Virus record (IMG/VR): IMGVR_UViG_3300012878_000003
Location: 1-27,884 of that record
Origin: a virus
Lineage: Duplodnaviria; Caudoviricetes
Strand: one strand, 5' to 3'
DNA length: 27,884 nt
Under the pieces are notes generated by a model. That model saw only the letters and a program-made list of their open reading frames with translations. It searched no databases and had not been told where the DNA came from. The position numbers were made by a program, and so were the translations under genes. Below are positions 15,305-23,943 of the stretch, one piece after another; the first letter of the stretch is position 1, and every line of letters starts with the position of its first letter.

Positions 15305-15646
15305 ATGAAAATCAAGATTCTGTGGGGCTTCGTCGGTAACGGTGGCTTGCTGGGGGCCAGCTCGAACAAGATCAAGGCCGGTGAAAGCTTCGACGATGCC
15401 GATGATGAGTACGCCTACACCCTGATCGGCAAGGGCCTGGCCGTCGAGGTTGACGCCAATGGCAAGCCGCGTGTGGCGAAGCCGAAGGAAACCAAGCCTA
15501 CCGTGCCCAAGGAAGACAAGGCTGCTGCCGAGAAAGCCGCAGCGGAAAAAGCGGCAGCTGAAAAGGAAGCCGCCGACAGGGCCGCCGCCGAGAAAGCAGA
15601 TGCTGAAAAGGCTTCTGCCGAGAAAGCTGCGGCCGAGGCCAAGTAA
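15305..15646 (+). CDS. Hypothetical virion-associated protein with AAAEK repeats
   Basis: GGAGG SD; small N-terminal domain plus (AAAEK)n helical tail. Confidence 0.85.
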   Translation: MKIKILWGFVGNGGLLGASSNKIKAGESFDDADDEYAYTLIGKGLAVEVDANGKPRVAKPKETKPTVPKEDKAAAEKAAAEKAAAEKEAADRAAAEKADAEKASAEKAAAEAK

Positions 15647-15946
15647 ATGCTCGATTTGGCCACCGTGAAGATGCACCTGCGGGTCGACGGCGACGAGGAA
15701 GACGCCTTGATCGGCGGCTACGTCGCAGCGGCCAAGGCCCATGTCGAGCAGCACTGCGACCGAAAGCTGGTCGAAACCGACCCGGTTGAGCCCGAAGAGA
15801 TGGGGCTGACCAGCGATGTCGAGCAAGCGGTCCTGCTGCTGGTCGGGCACTGGTACGCCAACCGTGAGGCCGTGGCTGTGGGCACCATCGCCACGGCTAT
15901 GCCGCTCGCAGTCGAAAGGCTGCTCTGGTACAGGAAGCGATTCTGA
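15647..15946 (+). CDS. Head-tail connector (HK97 gp6-like)
   Basis: VKMHLRVD..EDALI...AVLLLVGHWYANRE. Confidence 0.93.
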   Translation: MLDLATVKMHLRVDGDEEDALIGGYVAAAKAHVEQHCDRKLVETDPVEPEEMGLTSDVEQAVLLLVGHWYANREAVAVGTIATAMPLAVERLLWYRKRF

Positions 15947-16272
15947 TGAGAGCCGGTCCCATGCGACATCGCGGTTTGCTGAGCAAACCGGAGCGCGTGC
16001 AGAACAAGACTGGCGGCTTCGACCAGGTCTGGGTTGATGTCGGGAAGATATGGTCCGAAATCACCATGCCCACGGGCAGGGTGTCACCAGTCGCTGCACA
16101 GTTGGAAGCGGTTATCAGCGCTGAGATCCGTATCAGGCCCAGGTCTGATGTGGTCGCCGGCTGGCGATTTACTGAACTGGCAACCGGCGTGACATACAAG
16201 ATCGAGGCGCCGCTACTCAACAACGAACGGGACATGCTGCGGCTGCTGTGCTCCAGCGTCCCTAACCCATGA
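15946..16272 (+). CDS. Head closure/head-tail adaptor (SPP1 gp16-like)
   Basis: MRAGPMRHR...W...IRIR...YKIEA pattern and position. Confidence 0.85.
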   Translation: MRAGPMRHRGLLSKPERVQNKTGGFDQVWVDVGKIWSEITMPTGRVSPVAAQLEAVISAEIRIRPRSDVVAGWRFTELATGVTYKIEAPLLNNERDMLRLLCSSVPNP

Positions 16273-16280
16273 GGTGATCA

Positions 16281-16460
16281 ATGAAAATCCAAGCATTAGG
16301 CCCGCTGACTGGCGCCTCCGGTGAGCGCGAAAAGGGCGAGATCTTCGTGGTCGACAAGGACTATGGCGAAGGCCTGATCGCTCGCGGCTATGCCGTAGAA
16401 ATCAAGGAGCAGGCCGTCGCCACCGAAAAGCCAGCAAAGGCCGCCCAGGCCAAGGAGTAG
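16281..16460 (+). CDS. Small hypothetical protein (59 aa), paralog of 15305 N-terminal domain
   Basis: Not in ORF track; GAGGTG SD; MKIQALGPLTGASGEREKGEIFVVDKDYGEGLIARGYAVEIKEQAVATEKPAKAAQAKE; fills gap between genes. Confidence 0.85.
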   Translation: MKIQALGPLTGASGEREKGEIFVVDKDYGEGLIARGYAVEIKEQAVATEKPAKAAQAKE

Positions 16461-16463
16461 GTC

Positions 16464-16964
16464 ATGGCTCGCCGGTCCAGCATTCGTGGCGATATCCGGC
16501 TGCGCCGGACGTTGCGTAACATCCACCGGACGATGGACAACGAACTGCAACCGGCGATGCTGGAGGCTGCAAGCCGGATCTTGGAGACGCAGCGACAACT
16601 GATGCCAAAGCACACCGGCGCCGCAGCTGCGGCACTGAGGGTGTATGTCTCGCCCAGCGGCCTGGACGCCCAGATCGGAATCCGGGGCAAACGCGACAAT
16701 CGGCGGTTCTTCTACCTGCGCTTTATCGAATACGGCACCAAGGGCTATATCGGTGGCAAGCGGGCCGGTGATCGCAATCGTCGTGTTTCCAACAAGAGCG
16801 ACGGCACGCACTTCTTCGGTAAGTACCCCGACATTCCGGCCAGGCCGGCACACCCATGGCTGCGCCCGTCGATGCAGGTCAACCGGGAGTATGTGATGGC
16901 CGATATCGAGGCCGCAGTGCGCCGCACGCTCCGCAAGGCGAGTCAGGGGGGCGGCAATGGCTGA
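16464..16964 (+). CDS. HK97 gp10-like tail completion/morphogenesis protein
   Basis: FYLRFIEYGT and PARPAHPWLRPS motifs. Confidence 0.88.
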   Translation: MARRSSIRGDIRLRRTLRNIHRTMDNELQPAMLEAASRILETQRQLMPKHTGAAAAALRVYVSPSGLDAQIGIRGKRDNRRFFYLRFIEYGTKGYIGGKRAGDRNRRVSNKSDGTHFFGKYPDIPARPAHPWLRPSMQVNREYVMADIEAAVRRTLRKASQGGGNG

Positions 16965-17343
16965 TCCATCGCTGGCGCTGCAGGAGGCGATCTTCGCCAG
17001 GCTCCAGGCGGAGGTCAGTTGCCCGATCTACGACGGAGCCCCGTTGAATGCCGAGATGCCCTATGTGTCGATCGACCGTGAGATCTCGGTGAACAGCAGC
17101 CCCATATCGGGCCGCAAGCGCCAAACCCGGATGCTTTACCTGTCAGTCTGGTCCGATGCCGTGGGCCAGGCCGAGGTCAAGCGCATCAATGGCGAGGTCA
17201 TCGCCGCCTTGGACGAGCGTCGGCTACCGCTGGCAGTGGGGCGCGCCGTTTCTGTCCGGGTCGAGCAGGCCGACGCCCAGCGCGACGCCGACGGCATCAC
17301 TTACCAGGGATCGATCACCGTCCGTGTGATCACCACCCACTGA
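16957..17343 (+). CDS. Tail terminator-like protein (DUF3168-like)
   Basis: LALQEAIFARL..IYDGAP...PYVSI...LSVWS; precedes tail tube. Confidence 0.82.
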   Translation: MADPSLALQEAIFARLQAEVSCPIYDGAPLNAEMPYVSIDREISVNSSPISGRKRQTRMLYLSVWSDAVGQAEVKRINGEVIAALDERRLPLAVGRAVSVRVEQADAQRDADGITYQGSITVRVITTH

Positions 17344-17398
17344 AACACCCACCGGCCGCGCCGCGGCTTTTATCCAATGTGCCTTTGGAGGAATCCCC

Positions 17399-17899
17399 AT
17401 GGCCGACGACAACCTCAACACAGCCGCTGGCTGCCGCCTCTCCATTGGCGGCAAGACCGGTGCCGACACCCAGACCGAGTACGAGGCCGACACCTACGTG
17501 GAAGTCGGCGAAATCGAAGACTTGGGTGAGTTCGGCGACACCTTCAGTAGCGTGACCTTCACCTCGCTCAAAGATGGCCGGGTGCGCAAGTATAAGGGCA
17601 CCGCTGACGCGGGCGACCTGACCGTCACTGTCGGCCTCGACAATGGCGACGCTGGTCAGAATGCCGTCAAGACCGCCCACAAGGACCGCAGCAAAGGCGA
17701 CTACAACATCAAGATCACCCTCAACGACGGTGACTCGGATGCATCGCCTGCGATCAAGCCCACCACGTTCTACTTCCGCGGGAAGGTGATGAACAATACC
17801 GTCGCACCTGGTGCTGCTGACAACGTGGTCCGCCGTAACGTCACCATCGGCATCAACTCGGACATCCTCGAGCTGCTGCCGGCACCTGTCACCCCATAA
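17399..17899 (+). CDS. Major tail tube protein
   Basis: GGAGG SD; VGEIEDLGEFGD...RKYKGTADAG; position before chaperones. Confidence 0.88.
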   Translation: MADDNLNTAAGCRLSIGGKTGADTQTEYEADTYVEVGEIEDLGEFGDTFSSVTFTSLKDGRVRKYKGTADAGDLTVTVGLDNGDAGQNAVKTAHKDRSKGDYNIKITLNDGDSDASPAIKPTTFYFRGKVMNNTVAPGAADNVVRRNVTIGINSDILELLPAPVTP

Positions 17900-17939
17900 C
17901 CGCGCCGGGGTTCCGGCCCCGGTCTCACAGGATTGAACG

Positions 17940-18269
17940 ATGAACAACACTCTGCACGGTACCGTGACCGTGAAACTGGGGGAGGAGCAATTCACCCTGA
18001 AGCCCACCCTGAAGGCTGTTCGTGCCATCGAGAGCCGATTTGGTGGTCTGCGCGGTGCCTCCGAGGCATTGCGCGCGGTGGGAGTTGATGCCCTGGCGAT
18101 TATCATCTCTGCCGGCGCTGATCTCGATGGGAAGGCCTCTGAGGAACTGCCCGAGAAGGTATGGCAGCAAGGAGCGGCCGGCCTGACCCCGGAGGTCACC
18201 GGCTACCTCTACGCGCTCTACAATCCGCGTGGCGCGAATTCGGGAAACGACCAAGCCGGGGCGGCGTAA
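17940..18269 (+). CDS. Tail assembly chaperone (gpG-like)
   Basis: Between tube and tape measure; ends just after slippery G GGA AAC. Confidence 0.85.
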   Translation: MNNTLHGTVTVKLGEEQFTLKPTLKAVRAIESRFGGLRGASEALRAVGVDALAIIISAGADLDGKASEELPEKVWQQGAAGLTPEVTGYLYALYNPRGANSGNDQAGAA

Positions 18270-18511
18270 GCATCGTCGAAGACGGTAGCTACGTCGACCG
18301 GCTATATGCGATCGCCACCGGCTGGCTGGGATGGGTGCCGGATGTGGCTTGGTCGACACCGCTCCCCGAGCTTTTCATGGCGATGGATGCCAGGCTTGAG
18401 TGGGTTCAGATGACGAATCCGTTTGGGGGAGGGCAAGGGGCGAAGGAGAAGCCGAAGCCATCAACGGTCGCGGAAAAGCTTCGAAATGCCCTGACTGGCC
18501 GCAGGAGCTAG
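18242..18511 (+). CDS. Tail assembly chaperone -1 frameshift extension (gpGT-like)
   Basis: GGGAAAC at 18242-18248 in X XXY YYZ register; -1 frame open to TAG 18511 (YVDRLYAIATGWLGW...). Confidence 0.82.
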   Translation, partial: GKRPSRGGVSIVEDGSYVDRLYAIATGWLGWVPDVAWSTPLPELFMAMDARLEWVQMTNPFGGGQGAKEKPKPSTVAEKLRNALTGRRS

Positions 18512-18561
18512 GTGGCAAGATCCGATCCATTGCTCGGTGACTTTTTGCGGCCCTTCTGGAA

Positions 18562-18570
18562 TGGTAGATT
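18562..18570 (+). promoter_or_regulatory. Extended -10 promoter of lipoprotein moron
   Basis: TGgTAGATT 22 nt upstream of ATG, followed by AGGGAGG SD. Confidence 0.55.
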
Positions 18571-18591
18571 GATCGCTTCTATCAGGGAGGG

Positions 18592-19038
18592 ATGATCGTG
18601 CAGAAAGTCTTATGCATAGCTGCGTTGGCAACCATGATGGCAGGGTGTGAAACCACCGCAGTACATCCTGATCATGCAAAACAGGTCCCTGCGTCGGACG
18701 TGTATGCGTTCGGAAAACAGAATAGGTCGGACGACGCCAGAATCGTGTTCACGCAAGATTCTGGCGCTTTGAGTTGCTTTGGCGCTGGTATGTCCGTTTA
18801 TTTGGATGGGACGCTGGCTGCGGAGACAGGCCATGGAGAAAGCGTCAAGCTTTACCATAGTCCCGGCCCAGCCCAGTTGAGCATTAAAAACAACGCGATG
18901 TGCGCCGGAGGAGGTCAGGTCGGTTTGTTGCTTGAACTCAAACCGGGCTATTCATACCAGGTAAGAGGCTATCGTGATATGTGGGACAAGCCTTCGGCGC
19001 TGCTCTCCAATCCTCCGCCTTTCAAGTACTCAAAGTAG
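18592..19038 (+). CDS. Moron: putative lipoprotein (candidate superinfection exclusion)
   Basis: Signal peptide with lipobox MAG|C; lower GC; own promoter and terminator; inserted between chaperone and tape measure. Confidence 0.87.
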   Translation: MIVQKVLCIAALATMMAGCETTAVHPDHAKQVPASDVYAFGKQNRSDDARIVFTQDSGALSCFGAGMSVYLDGTLAAETGHGESVKLYHSPGPAQLSIKNNAMCAGGGQVGLLLELKPGYSYQVRGYRDMWDKPSALLSNPPPFKYSK

Positions 19039-19076
19039 CCGGTTCAACTAGTTTCTACTGGCTGCAGACGTTCATC

Positions 19077-19099
19077 AAACCCGCTTCGGCGGGTTTTTT
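19077..19099 (+). terminator. Intrinsic terminator after lipoprotein moron
   Basis: AAACCCGC-TTCG-GCGGGTTTTTT. Confidence 0.9.
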
Positions 19100-19114
19100 G
19101 TTGTGGAGATTACA

Positions 19115-22100
19115 GTGGCTGATCAACAAGTTCAGGGGATGCTGGTTCAGATCGAGGCAACCACCGCTCAGTTACGTCGTGAACTGGCGAGCGCTGATCA
19201 GCTGGTAGAAAAATCCAGTCAGGCAATTGATCGCAACTTGGCTTCGGTGGATTCAGCCTTTGACCGAGTTGGAGGTGCTGCCCAAAGCGCTGGTTCGCTG
19301 ATCAGTGGGGCTTTTGCGGCGGTAGCTGGCGCCGGCTTAATTGGTGGCATTATCAAGCAGGTCGACGCTTACGGTCAGATGTCTGACCGGATGAAGGCGG
19401 CAGCTGATAGCGCCGGCGAGTACCAAATGGTGCAAGAGCACCTGTTGCAAACCGCCCAGGCAACCTACCGGCCACTGGCTGAAGCCCAAGAGCTCTACAT
19501 CCGGACTGCCGATGTGATGCGAAGCCTTGGCTTCAACACTCAGCAGACGCTCGATATCACCGACAGCTTCAGCTTTTTATTGGTTACCAACGCTGCCTCC
19601 GCCGACAAGGCCGGCTCTGCGCTGGACGCCTACTCCAAAGCGCTGCAGACCGGCAAGGTCGAGGCAGATGGCTGGGTGTCCATTCAGGACGCCATGCCGA
19701 CCATCGTGACCGCGATCGCCAGCGCCACTGGCAAGAGCGCAGAGGAGATCCGCAAGCTCGGCGTCCAGGGCAAGCTGTCGCTCGATGACATCAACACCGG
19801 CCTGCTGCGCACCGTGGAGGTTAACCGCAAGGCTGCGGGTGACATGTCCACCAGCGTGCAGGACGCGATGGTGAACATCGGCAACGCCATCCAGACCTTC
19901 CTGGGCAGGATGGAAGAGCAGACCGGCGCTGTAGCAGGCCTGTCGAATGTGCTGATCGCCCTGGCCGACAACGTCGACTTGGTTGCCGTGGCCATGGGCG
20001 GCGCAGGTGTTGCGGCTTTGACCAACTACGTAGCGAAGTCTGGGCTGGCCGTTAAGGCAGCGCTGGCTGACAGGGCTGCGCGTATCGCCCAGGCCGAGGC
20101 CGTGTTGCAGGCGGCCATCGCTGACCAGCGCAAGGCCGAAACCGTCACCATCCTTGCAGCACGCGAGGCTGCGGCGGCGCGTGGTACTGCGGTGCAAACA
20201 CAAATGTCCATCCAGCTGGCTCAGGCCAGGCAGCGCGAAGCTGCGGCCACTGCTGCAGTGGCAACTGCACAGGCCGGCCTTCGCACCGTCGGTGCCGGCC
20301 TGCTCGGCATTCTGGGCGGGCCGATGGGCTTGGCCCTAATGGCCGGCACGGCTGCTGCAAGCTTCCTGTTGCTGAGCGACAATGCCGACCAGGCAGGCGT
20401 CAGCCTGAATGACCTGCATAAGCCGGTGGCTCAACTGCGGGAGGAGTTCGCAAAGCTCAACCGTGACCAGCGCGACGCCTCGTTGGTTAAGTGGCAGCAG
20501 GAGCAGGTCAACGCCACAGACAAGGTCAAGGACGCCTACGGCGATCTGGCCCAGTCAATCCGTTCGGCGGTTGTCACCGCTCCGGCGCGCGACTCGGGCG
20601 GTCAGTACAACCGGCAGTTGGCGGAGTACCAGGGGCTGATCGATCGGCTCAACGAAGCGCGGTCGGCGGGGCAGGGGCTGTCGCCCATCTTGCAGGAGGT
20701 GGGTAACCGCCTGCAGCTGCCTGCCGGCACCGTGCAACAGTGGATCACCCAGGCTGGCGCCGTCAGCGACGCCGATCAGCGCTCTAGTCTCATCGCCGAC
20801 ACGCTGCGCGTCCTGACCGGCGTGACAGACCAGAACACAGCGTCGACGCAGGCGAACAATGCCGCGAAAGCTGGCATGAGTGGCGCGGGCCAGACTTACC
20901 TTGAGACCCTGCAAAAGCAGCTGGCAGGACTTCAGGATAACGGTGATGCAATCAAGATCGCCAATCGGCACATCGCTGAAAACGCTGACCTCACGGATAC
21001 CGATCGGAAGGCCATCCTCTCGGCTGCAAGTGCGATCGAAGCACAGAAGAAGGCGAATCAGGGAGCGAAGCAAGAAACCAAGGATGCTACTACTGCACAG
21101 ACAAAGCTGACTCAGCAGCTCAAGGAAGCAGCTACTGCATACGAGCAGCTGAAAAAGGCTTACGACCCTGTAGGGGCCGCGTCCGATGAGTTTCAGAAGC
21201 AGACCAGAAACCTTGACCTGCTGCTGGCTGAGAAAAAGATCACCACCGAAGAGTACGGCAAGGCAATCGGCGCGCTCGCTGAGCAGTTCAACACTGCAGT
21301 GCAGGCTTCGACCGGCGTGTCTCGAGCGATGAAATACCAGGCCGACCTTGAGCGTCAGCTGGAAATCACTCAGCAGCAGGGTAACGCCGCAGCCGGAGCA
21401 GTGGGGATGGGGGACAAAGCCGCCAGCCGCGCGCAGGCAAGGCTAGCGTTGGAGCAGGACAACAACAGCAAGATCCTGGCATTGCGTGAGGAGCTGGCGA
21501 CCGCTTCTACCGCAAAGCAAAGGCAGGAACTTGAGCAACAGATCGCGCTAAGGCAGGAGTACGGCGCCAAGTTGGTACAGGTGCAGGAGGACAGCTTTGC
21601 CAAGATCGACGCGGCGCAGTCCGACTGGTCCAATGGCGCCTCGGCAGCGATGCAAAACTATCTCGATAGCGCGGCCGACGTAGCGGGGCAGACCCAAGAC
21701 CTGTTCGGTAACGCTTTCAGCTCCCTTGAAGACGGGATCACCCAGTTTGTGAAAACTGGCAAGTTCGAATTCAAGGATTTCGCTGACTCGATCATCGAGG
21801 ACCTGATCCGCATCCAGGTGCGCCAAGCTGCCGCCGGCTTCCTGGCCTCGGCGTCTGGATTCTTAGGCGGCGGAAGCGCAGCCGTGGGGCAGGGCACCAT
21901 GACGGGCTTCAGCGAGGGCTCCTTCGTCGCGAATGCCAAGGGAGGCGTCTACGACTCACCTAGCCTGTCCTCCTACTCAGGCCAGGTCTACGACAGCCCG
22001 CAGCTGTTCGCCTTCGCCAAGGGCGCGGGTGTGTTCGCTGAGGCTGGCCCTGAAGCAATTCTGCCGCTACACCGAGGGCCGGACGGTTCGCTCGGCGTGA

Positions 22101-22309
22101 TGGCCGCAGGCGCTGCGGGTGGCGGGGGTGAAGCATCCGTCACGTTCGGCGGCGTCACCCAGCACATCCAGGTGTCAGGGCAGGCCAACGCAGCCACACT
22201 GTCGGATGTGCGGCGCGCGGCGGAGCAGGGCGCCCGCGAGGGGTACGAGCTGGTGTTGCGTGATTTCAAAACGAACGGCGCGGCGAGGCAGTTGCTCGAG
22301 CGCAGGTGA
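19115..22309 (+). CDS. Tail tape measure protein
   Basis: GTG 19115 with GGAG SD; 1064 aa Ala/Gln-rich helical; C-terminal FAKGAGVFAEAGPEAILPL. Confidence 0.95.
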   Translation: MADQQVQGMLVQIEATTAQLRRELASADQLVEKSSQAIDRNLASVDSAFDRVGGAAQSAGSLISGAFAAVAGAGLIGGIIKQVDAYGQMSDRMKAAADSAGEYQMVQEHLLQTAQATYRPLAEAQELYIRTADVMRSLGFNTQQTLDITDSFSFLLVTNAASADKAGSALDAYSKALQTGKVEADGWVSIQDAMPTIVTAIASATGKSAEEIRKLGVQGKLSLDDINTGLLRTVEVNRKAAGDMSTSVQDAMVNIGNAIQTFLGRMEEQTGAVAGLSNVLIALADNVDLVAVAMGGAGVAALTNYVAKSGLAVKAALADRAARIAQAEAVLQAAIADQRKAETVTILAAREAAAARGTAVQTQMSIQLAQARQREAAATAAVATAQAGLRTVGAGLLGILGGPMGLALMAGTAAASFLLLSDNADQAGVSLNDLHKPVAQLREEFAKLNRDQRDASLVKWQQEQVNATDKVKDAYGDLAQSIRSAVVTAPARDSGGQYNRQLAEYQGLIDRLNEARSAGQGLSPILQEVGNRLQLPAGTVQQWITQAGAVSDADQRSSLIADTLRVLTGVTDQNTASTQANNAAKAGMSGAGQTYLETLQKQLAGLQDNGDAIKIANRHIAENADLTDTDRKAILSAASAIEAQKKANQGAKQETKDATTAQTKLTQQLKEAATAYEQLKKAYDPVGAASDEFQKQTRNLDLLLAEKKITTEEYGKAIGALAEQFNTAVQASTGVSRAMKYQADLERQLEITQQQGNAAAGAVGMGDKAASRAQARLALEQDNNSKILALREELATASTAKQRQELEQQIALRQEYGAKLVQVQEDSFAKIDAAQSDWSNGASAAMQNYLDSAADVAGQTQDLFGNAFSSLEDGITQFVKTGKFEFKDFADSIIEDLIRIQVRQAAAGFLASASGFLGGGSAAVGQGTMTGFSEGSFVANAKGGVYDSPSLSSYSGQVYDSPQLFAFAKGAGVFAEAGPEAILPLHRGPDGSLGVMAAGAAGGGGEASVTFGGVTQHIQVSGQANAATLSDVRRAAEQGAREGYELVLRDFKTNGAARQLLERR

Positions 22310-22316
22310 TATACCC

Positions 22317-22341
22317 AGCCCGCTTCGGTGGGCTTTTTCTT
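22317..22341 (+). terminator. Terminator after tape measure
   Basis: AGCCCGC-TTCG-GTGGGCT-TTTTCTT. Confidence 0.75.
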
Positions 22342-22352
22342 GGAGTTTCCCG

Positions 22353-22937
22353 ATGGCGCTTGAATGGCCCGAGTCCCTGGAGCCCACGGAGGTCACTTGG
22401 GGAGTCGTCTACAACAACCGGGCGTTCACCTCTTCGCTGTCGAACTCGCAGCAGATCGTGGCGCTGCCTGGTTCTTACTGGATGTGCACGCTGAACTTCG
22501 GCGTGCTGTACGAGGAGGACGAGCGCGAGCTCACATCGCTGCTGGGGCGCCTGCACGGCATGTTTGGCACGGTCAAGGTGCCGTCGATCACCCGGACGCG
22601 GACCGACAACATAGGTTCGCCCAAGGTGGCATCAGCCAATGCGCAGTCAACGTTCTTGCAGCTGCAAGGCATGACGGCGGGCCGCCAGGTGTTCAGCCGT
22701 GGTGACCACATCACCATCAACGGCGAGATGTTCGAAGTAGTAGAAAGCGCTACGAGCGATGTCGCGGGCAAAGCACTTGTTTATGTGAACAAGCGCGTCC
22801 GCAAGGCAATCCCGGCCGGAACACCGGTCGAGTACAAGAACCCTTACTGCGAGATGCGGCGGATGGATGACACCAACCAGTGGACTATTCAACCCGTGGT
22901 GTCGAACGGCAGCTTTCAGTTCCGAGAGGCTTTCTGA
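22353..22937 (+). CDS. Tail tip protein (distal-tail-like)
   Basis: ATG 22353 with GGAG SD; first gene after tape measure; beta-rich. Confidence 0.78.
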   Translation: MALEWPESLEPTEVTWGVVYNNRAFTSSLSNSQQIVALPGSYWMCTLNFGVLYEEDERELTSLLGRLHGMFGTVKVPSITRTRTDNIGSPKVASANAQSTFLQLQGMTAGRQVFSRGDHITINGEMFEVVESATSDVAGKALVYVNKRVRKAIPAGTPVEYKNPYCEMRRMDDTNQWTIQPVVSNGSFQFREAF

Positions 22938-23542
22938 TGGCCAATGGCGTGTTCCCCTTTAGCCAGACGGTGGTCGACATTATCGCCAAGGGCAACTTCA
23001 TGGCGGTCTATGCCTGTCAGCTGGATTTTCCCGACGGTATGGTTTTCGCGCACACCGGCACCGGTGACCTGGTGATCCAGGGCATCACGTACCAGGGCGT
23101 CGGCACGTTCGGTGCCGTAGGCCAGTCGCAGGAGAGCAGCAATTCGGGTTCGCCTATGTCGGTGGAGCTGACACTCAACGGGCTGGACACGCAGATCATC
23201 ACGGAGACGTCGCTCAAAGGCTGCAGGGGAAGGGCCGGCAAGCTGATGTTCGTGGTGTTCGACGAAGACGGTTCGTATGCCGCGGACATCCTTTTCAGCG
23301 GGCGGATGGACGCGGCCAAGTTCTCCTACGCCGGCAACGGCGATGACGGCAACAGCATCACTGTGCCGCTGATCGACCGCATGGCCGAGTGGAACAGGAC
23401 CGGAACCGAGCGATGGACCGACGAAAACCACCGCGCGCGGCGGCAGGATGACCGTTTCTTCTTCGCGATCGCGCAGATTGCCGACTGGCCCATTTACTGG
23501 GGCGCCTCCAAGGATGCGCCGAGATTCACCTACGAGAAGTGA
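22937..23542 (+). CDS. Tail tip/hub protein
   Basis: ATG overlaps upstream stop; HTGTGDL...YQGVG...LFSGRMD pattern of minor tail proteins. Confidence 0.78.
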   Translation: MANGVFPFSQTVVDIIAKGNFMAVYACQLDFPDGMVFAHTGTGDLVIQGITYQGVGTFGAVGQSQESSNSGSPMSVELTLNGLDTQIITETSLKGCRGRAGKLMFVVFDEDGSYAADILFSGRMDAAKFSYAGNGDDGNSITVPLIDRMAEWNRTGTERWTDENHRARRQDDRFFFAIAQIADWPIYWGASKDAPRFTYEK

Positions 23543-23544
23543 CT

Positions 23545-23943
23545 ATGCGAAAGCGCGACTGGACAACTCAACTCGCACACACGATCAAGGCCGCCGCAGA
23601 GCGGCCTTTTTCATGGGGCGAATTTGACTGCTGCCTGTTCGCCGCTGACTGCGCCGTGGCGGTCTGCGGGGTCGACCCGGCGCAGTCCTACCGAGGCAAT
23701 TACTCCACCGAGGCCGGCGCCAAGCGCCTGCTGGCCAGGCTGCATGGCTCACTTGAGGGTGCATGGGATGCATGCTTCTCCCGAGTGCAGCCAGGGCTGA
23801 TTCAGCGGGGTGACGTCGCCCTGTACGACAGCCCCAATGGACGGGGAGTGGCCGTGTTCTGGGCGGATGATTTCTGGTCGGTGGCGCCGGATGGCGCCGG
23901 CCGGGTCGAGTGCGAACCGTTGACGGTTTGGAGAATTGAATGA
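23545..23943 (+). CDS. NlpC/P60-like tail assembly protein (DUF6950-like)
   Basis: PFSWGEFDCCLFAADC...RGDVAL motif. Confidence 0.8.
   Translation: MRKRDWTTQLAHTIKAAAERPFSWGEFDCCLFAADCAVAVCGVDPAQSYRGNYSTEAGAKRLLARLHGSLEGAWDACFSRVQPGLIQRGDVALYDSPNGRGVAVFWADDFWSVAPDGAGRVECEPLTVWRIE

Noticed and set aside
13949-15850. 633-aa minus-strand ORF, and similar long antisense ORFs (3889-5109, 10503-11405, 26148-27059, 26849-27763)
   Set aside because: Shadow frames of well-supported plus-strand genes in high-GC DNA; no SD or recognisable motifs.
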